Below are positions 50,226-61,323 of a stretch of 64,000 nt of DNA, one piece after another. Position numbers and translations under genes: made by a program. Source of the DNA: Podarcis gaigeae (taxonomy: Eukaryota). The notes below the pieces were generated by a model. It did no database searches, was not told the origin of the DNA, and saw only the letters and a list, made by a program, of their open reading frames with translations. The DNA lies in the NCBI GenBank assembly GCA_964106915.2, contig OZ066920.1, one strand, 5' to 3'. The first letter of the stretch is position 1, and each line of letters opens with the position of its first letter.

Positions 50226-52670
50226 CTCAGAGGACACCAGAAGCCTCTTATTTGTGCTTATTAGCTGGTTATATATTGCAGGGTCACATCTTGTGATAGT
50301 GCTCTGGCGGCTCCCCATAGGGCTGGGAGCAAAGGGCATTTTGTACAGAAGTTCACTCTGGCGAGAGTCCGTGGTGAGGACCTGCTGGTAGAAGTTTGGA
50401 GGAGTAAATCCACTCCGCACAGTGTCTATGTGGTTGAAAGGCCCCGGGGTTCTATAAAGGGAGCTTCTGGAGGCTTTGAATATATCCTTGGATTGCCTCC
50501 ACTTGTAAAATTTATAAATCCCCACCCCAACCACGGTGACAAAGAAGGCCACTGAGATCAAGATGACAGCAATGATTAAATAGAAAGTCAAGTGCTTCTT
50601 TGTTTGGGGTGTAGTGGACACAGCAGTCAAGTCTGTCAGTGTCTCCCTAGATGTCTCTGCTACATCTACAGCAAGGGTCACTGTGGAGGACAAGGCAGGC
50701 TCCCCATTGTCTTTTATTAAGATGAGCAATGTTTGCTTGCGAGAATCTTCCTCTTGCAGAGAACGAGCTGTGCTTATCTCCCCAGAATGCAGCCCCACAG
50801 TGAACAGCCCTGGGTCAGTGACCTGAAGGAAGGAATACGAGAGCCAGGCATTGTAACCAGAATCTGCATCCCAGGCCACAATTTTTGTGACCATGTAACC
50901 AGGGCTGACTGTGGGTGAGATGACTTCTGAGAGCAAAGAACTGTTGTTTGAGTTTGGGTATAAGAGCCTGGGTGCATTGTCATTCTGATCTGTGACAAAA
51001 ACATTGACAGTGATGTTAGTGGCGAGAGGCGGGAGGCCGGCATCACGAACCTGGACCACTAGCCTGAACTCCATGGTGCCCTCATGGTCCAAGGGGACTA
51101 GGACATATATGCTGCCATTTTCCCGGTTAATAGAAAAATACCTGCCCGCCAAGTCTCCTGAGGACATGGGACTATCCAGGATGGAGTAGGAAAGGTGGGA
51201 ATTCCGGTTCAGATCCGGGTCAGAGGCACTGATGTTAAAGATCAGGGTCCCTGGAAGGTTGTTTTCCTCCACGTACACATCATAGGAGGATTGTGGAAAT
51301 TTAGGAGGGTTGTCATTTACATCAGACACTTTAACCAGTATTTGCTTTTCTGCCATGAGTGAGGGTGTGCCTGCATCCTGAGCTGTGATGGTGATGTTGT
51401 ACTCAGAGACAAGTTCCCTGTCCAAGGGTCCTTTGGTCTGTAAGGTATAATAGTTTTTAAGGGAAGAGCTGAGGGCAAAAGGGATCCCAGAAGGTATAAA
51501 GCAATTTACTAGGCCATTATCACCAGAGTCCTGATCCGTGACACTCAGCAACGCAATCACAGTCCCTGGAGCCGCGTCTTCTGGTATTGGGCTGTACACC
51601 GACGTCACTGTTATTTCTGGGGTGTTGTCGTTCACATCCACAATCTCTACCAGCACTTTGCAATGAGCGACACCAGGATTTGAACCCTTATCTTTTGCCT
51701 GGATATAAATCTCATAAAATTTGGCTTCTTCAAAATCCAGCAACCCCTTCAGCCTCAGTTCTCCAGTGGCAGAGTCTAGGGCAAAGAGCTGTCGGATTCT
51801 GGCAGGGGTGTGACTGCTGAAAGAGTACACAATCTCCCCATTGGGGCCTTCGTCCAGGTCGAAAGCTCTGGTTTGGACAACCAGGGTGTTCAAGGGTGTG
51901 TCTTCTTTCACGCTGGCTCTGTAGATGGACTGGTTGAAGACAGGGGCGTTGTCATTTGCATCCAGGACGTCAACCAGCACCTGCAAGCTGGCCGATCGGG
52001 GTGGGGTCCCTCCATCCATCGCCGTGAGAACCAGCTGCACTTCCCGCTGCTGCTCCCGGTCCAGCTCTTTCTCCAGCACCAGCTCCGCATACTTCGTCCC
52101 GTCGCCTCGCGTCTGCACGTCCAGCACGAAGTGCGGGTTGGCGCTGAGCTGGTAGGTCTGCAGAGAGTTGCTTCCCACGTCGGGGTCCTGCGCGCTCTCC
52201 AAGGGGAAACGCGCCCCGGGGGTCACAGACTCGCTGATCTCCAGCTTCATCTGCTTGCTCTGGAAAGCCGGGTCGTTGTCGTTGACGTCCTGGATCTCCA
52301 CCGTCACGCCGTACAGCACCAGCGGGCTCTCGGCCACCACCTCCAGGCTCAGCGCGCACGGCGAGAGGGCCCCGCAAAGTTCCTCGCGGTCGATGCGCTC
52401 GCTCACCAGCAACTTCCCGCTGCCCAGGTCCACCTCGAAGTACTTTCGTCCGCCGCCCGACACCACGCGGAGGTTCCTGGCGGGCAGCTGGGCGAGATCC
52501 AGGCCCAGGTCGCCCACCACGTTGCCCACCGAAGAGCCCCTGGGCATCTCCTCGGGGATGGCGTAGCGCGTGGCGGCGAGCGCCCGCTCCGAGACGCCCA
52601 GCCACAGCCAGAAGCCCACGACGGGCAGCCATCGCGCTCTCGGCCGGCTCCTTCCCGCGGCGCCTCTCAT
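50226..52670 (-). CDS. PCDHGC3: Protocadherin gamma-C3 variable exon (815 codons; splices to constant exons, ~950 aa product)
   Basis: Six cadherin repeats with DRE/DxNDN motifs. C3-diagnostic strings: KYAELVLE, YIQAKDKG, EITVTSVYSP, SSLKNY and the cytoplasmic KWRQSKD..SSLYRTPGP..LTTDSR..SRQ..CDP. First ATG at 52670 (the ORF track begins at an upstream TTG). Phase-0 donor GAG|gtaatg at 50226/50225. Confidence 0.95.
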
Positions 52671-52871
52671 CTCCCGGCCTCGCAAAGTTTCTTTCTTTTT
52701 GCGGGAGCGGCGGCGAGGTCCCTCTAAAAGTTTTCAGCCGTCCCTTCCATGCGGCCGCCACCCTGCCCGCTCCAGGCTCGCCTCGCGCGGACTTTGGGGG
52801 TCGGGCATTGCTCGGCGGCGCGGCGCTCCGGCGGCGGGACTGCGCTCCGTCTGTTGCTGGCGCTCAACTCG

Positions 52872-52892
52872 CGGCGGCGGCGGCGGCGGCGG
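52872..52892. repeat. (CGG)7 repeat between the CSE and the ATG of gamma-C3
   Basis: Directly visible. Confidence 0.95.
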
Positions 52893-52928
52893 CGTCCCAC
52901 TTCGCGCTGCTTCGCCGCCAGCATCGCC

Positions 52929-52970
52929 GGGTCAACAGCGGCGCGCAGAGTCGCGACCATTAACTGCAGG
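52929..52970 (-). promoter_or_regulatory. Pcdh conserved sequence element (CSE, CGCT box / CTCF site) of the gamma-C3 promoter
   Basis: Minus strand cCTGCAGttaatggtcgcgactctgcgcgcCGCTGTTGACC, ~270 bp upstream of the ATG. Has the CGCT core with GTTGACC tail and the upstream TGCAG module typical of clustered Pcdh promoters. Confidence 0.7.
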
Positions 52971-53859
52971 AGAGGCCGCTCCCGCTCCGCCTCCCCGGCT
53001 CGCCGCCGGGACTCCGAGGCACAAGGCGCACGGCTCCATCCAAGCTGGGCCGGCGGGGCCCGGTGGACTTCTTTTTTCGGGGGGGGGGCGGAGGTGTTCC
53101 TCGGTGAAAGGCTTGTGGAGGCTGCCCCCTAGGCTGCACAGCCCTCCCCGCTCTGCAGCCGCGAGAAGGGGCGAAGGGAAGCGCGGACCAAGGAGGCAGC
53201 AAGGGCTCATTGTTCTCGCTGGGGAGCGCGGAGGAAGGGCTGGACCCCGGACGCTTCCCAGGGATCGGGAGAGAGATGCCCGCCTGCCTCCGGTGCCTCC
53301 GCCTCTGGCTCCCTCGCTTACGCTCTCCCGGCGTGGCGGCTCTGTGGGGCAGCCCGGTGCGCCCCATGCACAGCACTGCTCAGGGAGAACCCGCAAGCCC
53401 CCCAAGGCGGTGGAAGCTTCCCCTCTCTCTCTGCTCCCCAATCTGCTGCCCAAAGAGAAAGGGGTGAGCAGGAAGACGGCAGGTTATTTTATTATGATTT
53501 TGTTACAGGACTTTCTATACTAACCTTCACTGGAAACCCCCAGGATAGTTTGTGTGTGCGTGTGCATGGATTAAAATGCAGACAATATACAGCAGAACAG
53601 TAATAAAACCCAGGGATCTTATGCAAGCAAGCAAAGAATCCACAGGGCTAAAATCAGCTCTAAAAGGGCTGGGGAAAAGTAAAAGTCTACCTGGTGCTGG
53701 AAGGATGACAAAATAGGTACCAAGTGGACCCCTCTACAGATAGCATTTCACAGCTGAGGCACCACCACTGAGAAGACCCTTTCTTTGGGGAGCAGCTGCC
53801 TTGTCTCAGTTTGTATGGCTGCCCCCAGAAGTCGTTCTGTTGAATTTCTGAATGTTTAG

Positions 53860-54105
53860 GCCAACACATAAAATATCCTGGGTCCTAAGCTGGAAAAGGC
53901 TTTAAAAGTCAAAGCCAGCACTTGGGCTCAGAAATTGGGAGCCAATGCAGCTGGCATATAGCACCACTGTTACACTATCCTAATAGTGTACACTATCCTA
54001 ACCAGGTTGGTGATCCAGCAGCTGCATTCTGAACTAGCAGCAATTTCCAAGCCATATTTCAGAGGCAAACCCACAGAGAGTGTATCACAGTAGTCTAACC
54101 TGGTA
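53860..54105 (-). mobile_element. Degenerate L2-type LINE fragment
   Basis: Reverse complement resembles 13600-13800 (RLDYC..LP...WKLLLVQNAAA). Confidence 0.5.
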
Positions 54106-54397
54106 CAGCATAATCAATCACAAGACACGACATACACACACCATTTCAATGGCAATGCCTATGAACTTTGGGGGGCCTCCAGTCCCCTCAAATATTTTAG
54201 GGGAGCCTAAGGGACCTCAGTCCCTAGGAGTTGGCTCCTATGAACTTGGAAGTTATCAGAGTACAGATCACTGATGCTAAGCTAAACTTACAATTGCTGC
54301 TTGCTCTCTCTCAACTCCCTGCTACACTGGCCAGAGACAGAAGGTGAGGGGACCTGGGGAGGTAGTGCCTGCTCCTCTCACTTGCCTTTGCTCTCAC

Positions 54398-54542
54398 CAG
54401 TGGGGGTGCAGGGGGGGCTGGCGGCACCGGGCGCAACATCTGGGGGGGGGGTGCGCTCGCACTCAAGTGCTAAAATCCACGGGTTAGGGGGCACAAATTA
54501 CTTGCCTTGCCCCGGGTGCTGACAACCCACGCTACGCCACTG
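54398..54542. mobile_element. hAT-type MITE
   Basis: CAGTGG...CCACTG termini with perfect 8-bp TSD GCTCTCAC (54390-54397 / 54543-54550). Confidence 0.75.
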
Positions 54543-54632
54543 GCTCTCACCATAGGTGGTGGGGTTTGGCTCCACAGGGAGAGCACAGGCAAAGGGCAGA
54601 AGCAACCATTAGTCTGCACCAAAGCTTGCTTA

Positions 54633-54635
<3 letters not shown>

Positions 54636-54669
<34 letters not shown>
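54636..54669. repeat. (CT)n microsatellite
   Basis: Directly visible. Confidence 0.9.
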
Positions 54670-54671
<2 letters not shown>

Positions 54672-55021
54672 AGTATGGCAAGAAGGTTTAGGCCAGTGAT
54701 CATCACAAGAAGAAGCCGCTGCTGCTTCAGTTTGCTCATCTGCAAACATCACCCTAGAAGAGAATGCGTGGGAGCCAGGGCATGAGACAGTCTAAAGAAG
54801 TCACCTCAGGTGGTGGAATCCCTGCAGAGATGCCCCCGCCCCCTGTTGCCACCAGAGTAGTGAAGAGAAGCAGCGGCAGTGTCTTCCAAGTTCCAGCGAG
54901 GTATTGCAAGATCCCACAGAGGCCTCTGGAGGCCTTCTCATGGGGCTCTCACGAGAACAGTGCCAGATTAGAGCAGTGCAAGCAGTTCTCCTGTACAGGG
55001 CTCTGAGCCAAGGGGGCACAA

Positions 55022-55069
<48 letters not shown>
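55022..55069. repeat. (AAT)n microsatellite
   Basis: Directly visible. Confidence 0.95.
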
Positions 55070-55070
<1 letters not shown>

Positions 55071-55278
55071 TATTTATATGTGTTCCTACTAAGAAGATCA
55101 GCAAAAAAATACAAAAAGGAATTATTGTGAAGATAAGAAATATTTTTTTCTTGGGGTGGGGTGGGGAGACACACACCAAATTTTGTACTTGCTCAGGGCA
55201 CCATATTATCAAACTGCGCCCCTGGCTGGAACCCAGAAGCTACAGCTATACGACCCCATAAGTGAGCCTTGGGTGGGG

Positions 55279-55292
55279 CCAGCAGGTGGCAC
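55279..55292 (+). promoter_or_regulatory. CTCF core motif
   Basis: CCAGCAGGTGGCAC matches CCASYAGRKGGCRS at all 14 positions. Confidence 0.5.
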
Positions 55293-56185
55293 ATACGTAG
55301 GGTGAAATGAGATGGGCCACCTCTGGTGGAAGCCTGTGCTTGTTTGATCTGGATGGCACAGTGGGGAGGATTGGCTCCAATCTCCAGCATTGCACCATCC
55401 CGCAGAGTGCAGGGGAGTTAATGAGAGGAAGAGGAACCAGTTGCATATTTCTGCTCTGAGTTTGGACACTGTGAAGACTGGGGCAGCCAAGCTGCACCAG
55501 CTAGAGACTGCAAGTAGGCAGAGATCTGTCCTTCTCAGACAATGGGGATCAGAACAGCCAAGTCTCAGGATGCTTCCCTTTATTTCCCTGTGTTACTGAT
55601 GGAACAGGTAGCTTCAGTCTAGGTTTGTGACTATGGGACAGGAATAGTAGTTATTCCAGATGAATGAACCTGAAGTAAAAAGGACGCAAACTTGGTGTTA
55701 TGTGATGCAAGCCATTAAACAGTGTTGGGAGGTATACTGATGTATAATGTTTACCAACAATTTCTAGGATGGAGCAGTGCTTAAGCTGAGCCCTTCCCTT
55801 CTTCAGCTGCAGCTAAATCATAGATTTACCCTCCAAGGGGTTGAGCAACAGTCTCAAAGCATTGCTCTTGCCCCTGCTTGCTCCTACCTGCTCACTCCTG
55901 CATCTCTACCCACCCTGTTCAACTGGCCAGCGCTCAAGGCAACTGATCACCTACCTATCCTGCTTCCCTGCCAATGGGAGTTCTTAGCAGCTGGTATTGG
56001 AAACATTATGCACATCCCATTTATGATCACAGGTAGCTGTTTCCATTATGCAACAGTAGAGTGCCTATCAGTTAAATAATTGCTGGAATACTGTATGTAA
56101 AACTGGCTGACAGTGTATCAGACCATTAGCCCATCACTGACTACTCCAACAGGCAGCAAGTCAAAGACCTTGGGAGAACATCTTT

Positions 56186-56265
56186 CATAGAATCATAGAA
56201 TCAAAGAATTGTAGAGCTGGAAGGGACCCAAATGGTCATCTAGTCCAACCCCCTGCAAAGCAGGA
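56186..56265 (-). mobile_element. CR1 3' end fragment
   Basis: catagaatcatagaatc...ggaagggaccc...catctagtccaaccccctgc. Confidence 0.7.
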
Positions 56266-56927
56266 GCCACAATAACCTCTTTAACTGGCAGTGGGAGGAA
56301 TAGGAATGGAGGACCTTCCATATAAAAAGTACCAAAGACCCCATATTTCTTCCTATCCACCAGCAGGAAAACCAGGAAAGTTGGACTTTGGTCAGATGAA
56401 ATGTCTGTTCAGGGATGCTTTTTTATAGACTTGAAGAAAGCAAGTTTGTACTTGCTTAATGCGATACTCTTTCAAATCCCACTTTAACAGAATTTCCCAC
56501 CAAAGGCCTAGCTTCTAAAGAACAAAATTAAATGGCCAGAAAATGGCATGGGCGTTAATGCCAATGCTAAATACAGGAATGGAGAAGCTTCTTCATAAAC
56601 ATTAACAGCGCAGAAAATGGAGCTGAAAGACAGATTATTTGAAGTGCAGCAATTTCATAAGGCACATCGAAGGATGGACAGTTCAAAGATCTAAAGTCTG
56701 AAAGTCAACTGAGGCTGCACCATGTTAATGGTGTAAAAGAGCTTGTGTCTGTGGGCATTCCACACCACACTGGACAGTACCAGAATGACTGTTATTTTCA
56801 CATCTTCTCCCTTTTTAAACATTCTCTCACTCTCTTCTTCTGCTTTAAACAACAAACAAAAAACTGTCCACCTTCTGACCCAAATAAGAACCCCCAAGGT
56901 GGCATACACTTAAAAGGATGAAATGTA

Positions 56928-57290
56928 AGGTAAAGGTAAAGGTACCCCTGCCCGTACGGGCCAGTCTTGCCAGACTCTGGGGTTGGTGCGCCCATCTCAC
57001 TCAAGAGGCCAGGGGCCAGCGCTGTCCGGAGACACTTCCGGGTCACGTGGCCAGCGTGACATCGCTGCTCTGGCGAGCCAGAGCTGCACACGGAAACGCT
57101 GTTTACCTTCCTGCTGGTAAGCGGTCCCTATTTATCTACTTGCACCCGAGGGTGCTTTCGAACTGCTAGGTTGGCAGGCGCTGGGACCGAGCAACGGGAG
57201 TGCACCCCACCGCGGGGATTCGAACCGCCGACCTTTCGATCGGCAAGCCCTAGGCGCTGAGGCTTTTACCCACAGCGCCACCCGCGTCCC
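56928..57290 (-). mobile_element. Sauria SINE, full length and young
   Basis: tRNA-derived head (GGGACGCGGGTGGCGCTGTGG...GGTTCGAATCCCC), (ACCTTT)n tail, perfect 12-bp TSD GGATGAAATGTA (56916-56927 / 57292-57303), CpGs retained. Confidence 0.9.
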
Positions 57291-59711
57291 TGGATGAAAT
57301 GTACCCCCAGCATAATACAACAGAGAGAGCACAGAAAGCACGTGAAAAGAACAGAATGGTGCAGCAGGGGGTAAATATTCAGCGCAGAGGAAATGTTAAT
57401 GCTAACAGCTCGGCTATCCAAGTTCTATGACAAGGCAAAAATGTTACCCCCCCCCACAAGGCAATTAGATAAGACTTTTTGCAGCAGATGTTCTTCTTTG
57501 TATCCCAGCCTGTTGATTCTGAATTGAAGGCCAACAACAATTAGCAAGCAATAGTGATAGCATATGACTAGCCAATCTGAGCATTCAATGGGAGATGTGT
57601 GATTGGATCACCCCATACACTTTGCTTTTCCTAGTTTGGATCAGTGCCACAGAATGGGAGCAAGACCTAACAATCTTTATGGTGGCCTCATGGCTCTACT
57701 CAAACTTGCCTTCCTGGAACTGCTGTATTATGACAGCATGCTTTCCCCCTCTTTGGTTACTGGCAGCTTGGCTACTGGCCCTGATCCAAATGCCCCCACC
57801 CCTAGGCCAGTAAATTTATTGGTGAGAACCAGTCACACTCCTATCACACTGTGAGCAAACGCTAAGCATCTGATTCCCATCACCACTGCAGTGAGTTCTA
57901 TGCAGGCCTAGCCTTAAAGCCACAGCAGAACCGTGTGGCTTGTCTCCTAAAAAGGAACGAGACCCTTCAGTTCTGTCTCAGTTGCCCTAGGCACTGTTTG
58001 CTTGCAAGATAAATGCTAGGTCTTTTCTTTAAAGCACCACTTTGGGGCACCTATACTATTGAACCCCTTACCAAGGAAGCCCACATGCCACCTTCATGAG
58101 TGCCCCATATATATTTGTTCCAAAAGGCCTTTGCTGGCAGCTGGCACTGCAGTTTTGGTTAGCAGCCTTAATGCCATGCACACTCTCTGCTTTTATTGGC
58201 CATTGCTCTTACTTTTGCATTGTTTTTATGACTATGCTTATTGCAGGAGCTGCGGCTTATGTTGAGGGGTTTTATTGTCTGCATTATGACAGGTTGCTGC
58301 CGCTGCTGCTGCTGCGACTTGGATTATTTATTCTATTTTTTTGGTGCTGTTTTCATATTGTAAATTACTAATGTAAGAACAACAACAATTCCAACCAGTG
58401 CTGCTCACAAACCTTTGAACTGAGCCAAATTCTTCATCAGGCTACTTTTTATATTTCTGAATGAGGCACATAGTGTTGATCTCTGACTGCAATTTATTTC
58501 AGTCTTAATTGAGAAATAGAGGATTTGTGTGTGTTTGTGTGTGTGTGTGTGTGTTTGTGTGTTTTACAGTCTTGAATGGACCTTTGCCTTGTGCAAATGT
58601 ATCAGGTTGCATAGAAGGCAAAGAAGTAACGGAGGAACACCTACTAAAAATATAACAAGTTGCTAGCCATGGAGGAAATTTATCAGGAAAACACCACAGG
58701 CTAAAATATCTTTCCATATTCTATGGGTCATTAGACTAAAATCAGTCATGTTAAAAGGTCTGTGTGGGTGTGCAGCAAATATCCTCTGGAAACATATGCT
58801 TGAGGAATATCCCAAATCTGATGCAACCATGCAAATCTATTCATGATTAGCTCTTGACTTCTTACCTAGTCTCTCTGGATTGTGTGTGAGAGAGCCTCCT
58901 GGGTGACAAGCAAGCTTCTACCTACGAACAGCTTCTCCCTGATATATGCAGCTGGTAGCAGGGAGGAGTGCACTATTTTCTGCACTGCAAGGGATCTTTG
59001 ACTTTGCTTTTTCCTATGGAGACATGAGTCCCACCTCAGCACTCACAAATGACATTTCTTTCATAATTTAAAGTGGATTTTCATTGTCTTCTTTCTAAAA
59101 ATAGTGTCAATCATATCCATTTTATTAATATTTTTGTGATTTATGAACAGCTTTTTTGTCACACAGAGGCAAATTTTAACAACCTCAAGATTATTTAGAA
59201 GGAAATGATAAAACCAAAATTGTGAACAAATTCTAAAGACACTGTAAAATGCAGTAGAAGCAGTCTTAGAAAAAATTAAGCACTTTGGATGGGAGAGGTA
59301 AGCATATGTTTAATCTCTCCGACTGAGGCCATAATAAAGTTGTCTCTGTAGCCTTATCTGTCAGGTTTTCCTGGATTCTAGACATGCCACCCATTGTCTG
59401 TTTGAACCCTTAACTGGCCATGTTCCCCAGATTTCAATTTAAAATAAAGAAACAAGTCTCTAGTCCTCGTTGAATGGGGCTCTGGCTCTGGCATGGGTGG
59501 CTGGCTCTGCGGTGGCAGAGAGGCTATCAGGTAATTGCCCTAAAAAAGCTCAACAACATTTTGTGTCCAGATTTTTACCTCTTGAAATATGGCAACACCA
59601 CTATACAACCTTTAGAAAATATCTGAAGGCAGCCCTGCATAGGGAAGTGTTTTTTATGTTGTATGTTTTTATATATGTTGGAAGCCACCAGAGTTGCTAG
59701 GGCAACCCAGT

Positions 59712-59756
<45 letters not shown>
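59712..59756. repeat. (CTA)n microsatellite
   Basis: Directly visible, at the tail of an L2-type repeat. Confidence 0.95.
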
Positions 59757-60798
59757 TTAAATAGGACGTCCCTATTTTCATCAGAGATATATTGGAGGGT
59801 ATGACACTAACTTCTCTCCCCCCCCCCACATGAGACAATAGGGGGAGTGCTGTGGGAGGGGGGCGTTTTTGATTACAAAAAGAATTAGAAGGGAGAATGT
59901 TAATCACTGCTTCCTCCTAAGTCTCTTTCCTGCAATCAACTTTTAGTCCTTTGACCGCATTTCCCTAACAAAACAAAATCTTCAGACCAAACCACCACAC
60001 ATAGTTTGAGGCTCAGCACATGGTTAAACGTTGCCTTAAAATGATGCAGTATATATCATTAATCTCACCACCTTCCTGCCCCATCATTTTCTGCTGATGG
60101 TTGGATTGGATTTATAGTCATATACATCCCACACAAAATGCAACTCAAGAGCACAACAAAATTCTGGTTAGCGGTCCCCTCACATCCACTACCAGCCAAA
60201 AACCTGTTTATATGAAGTAGTAGCATCACATCCTTTGCCCTCTTGCCTTTTGTGGGCTAAGACCATAGTTCTTAGGCCCACGATTGACAAAGCCTCTCTC
60301 AACAGCTTGTATGTGAAATGCATTATAGCTAGCTTTAAGGGGTTAACAGCCAAATCCTGCATAGATTGTGCACAGGCTGTATGTAGATAAGTACATTGAA
60401 ATTTATGAAACAGGGCTGTAAGGTTGCAATCCTGTGCACATTTACTGTTGGGAGTAAAATCCGTTGAACTTGTGGGAAAGAAGGACCAAAATAGAGAACG
60501 ACAATGGCATGTTCATGATTGTTTCTTGTTTACTAAATAACAAGTATAGGAAAGCCCAATCCAGACTGGGGCTGGCAGAGAGACAAGATTCAAGCCTTTG
60601 CTCCTGTTGTGGTCCTGATCCAGATCACTGCCCCCAGTAGCTGTTTACAAATTGACCACCATTGTGTCTATTTTCACCCTTAATTCCAAGCAAACATGTA
60701 TAGGATTGGGCTATTACCCAACTAACGACTATAATAGTTTCAGAATTACCCTCACCTGGTGGCTTTTTCAATTTTCTAGTTTACCGCTGACCAAGTTA

Positions 60799-61323
60799 CC
60801 GTACTTTTCTGTCTATAAGACGTCCCCTTGTATAAGACACCCCCCCATTTAAGAAAATGAGGGGAGATGGCCCAAACTTGTTCAGCCTCTCCCCCCACAC
60901 AGCTGCAGGCAGGAAACACTCCCTAGATCGTTTCCCACGAGCAGCGGCATTGGATGAATTTGCGCTCCCTCCAGCCATCCAGTTTGCAGGAGAGCAACCT
61001 CCCCCAATACTGCCATGCATGGGAAATGTTCCAAGGAAATGATCCTGTGTGCAGCGGCATCGGGTGAATTTGCGCTCCCGTCAAAGAGCTGGCTGGCAGC
61101 ACGCTGCTTCTCCCCACCACGCAGCTGTGGGTAGTAAACACCCCCTAGATTGCTCCCCGCTCGCTGCGGCATCGGGGCGAAGCCGTGCTCCAGCCCACCG
61201 AATGGCTGGCGGCACACCGCCCTTCTCCCCGCTGCCATGCCACTATCCATGTATTGGACGACCTCAGTTTTTTGAAGTGATTTTTGAGTCAAAAACCCTT
61301 GTCCAATACACGGAAAAATACGG
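60799..61323. mobile_element. Tc1/mariner-type non-autonomous element
   Basis: TA|CCGTACTTTTC ... GAAAAATACGG|TA termini; internal repeated GCAGCGGCAT..G.TGAATTTGCGCTCCC unit. Confidence 0.78.

Larger units (their letters stand above)
51980..53420. promoter_or_regulatory. CpG island over the gamma-C3 promoter and 5' part of the exon
   Basis: Very GC- and CpG-dense by eye relative to flanks; boundaries approximate. Confidence 0.85.

Noticed and set aside
51810-53523. Long plus-strand and alternative-frame ORFs (305, 317, 263, 173 aa) over gamma-C3
   Set aside because: Stop-poor shadows of a GC-rich CpG island and of the antisense of a real CDS; low-complexity R/A/G/P content with no domain.
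57190-57290. tRNA-like A/B boxes (also 13074-13150)
   Set aside because: These are SINE heads, not tRNA genes; no complete cloverleaf.
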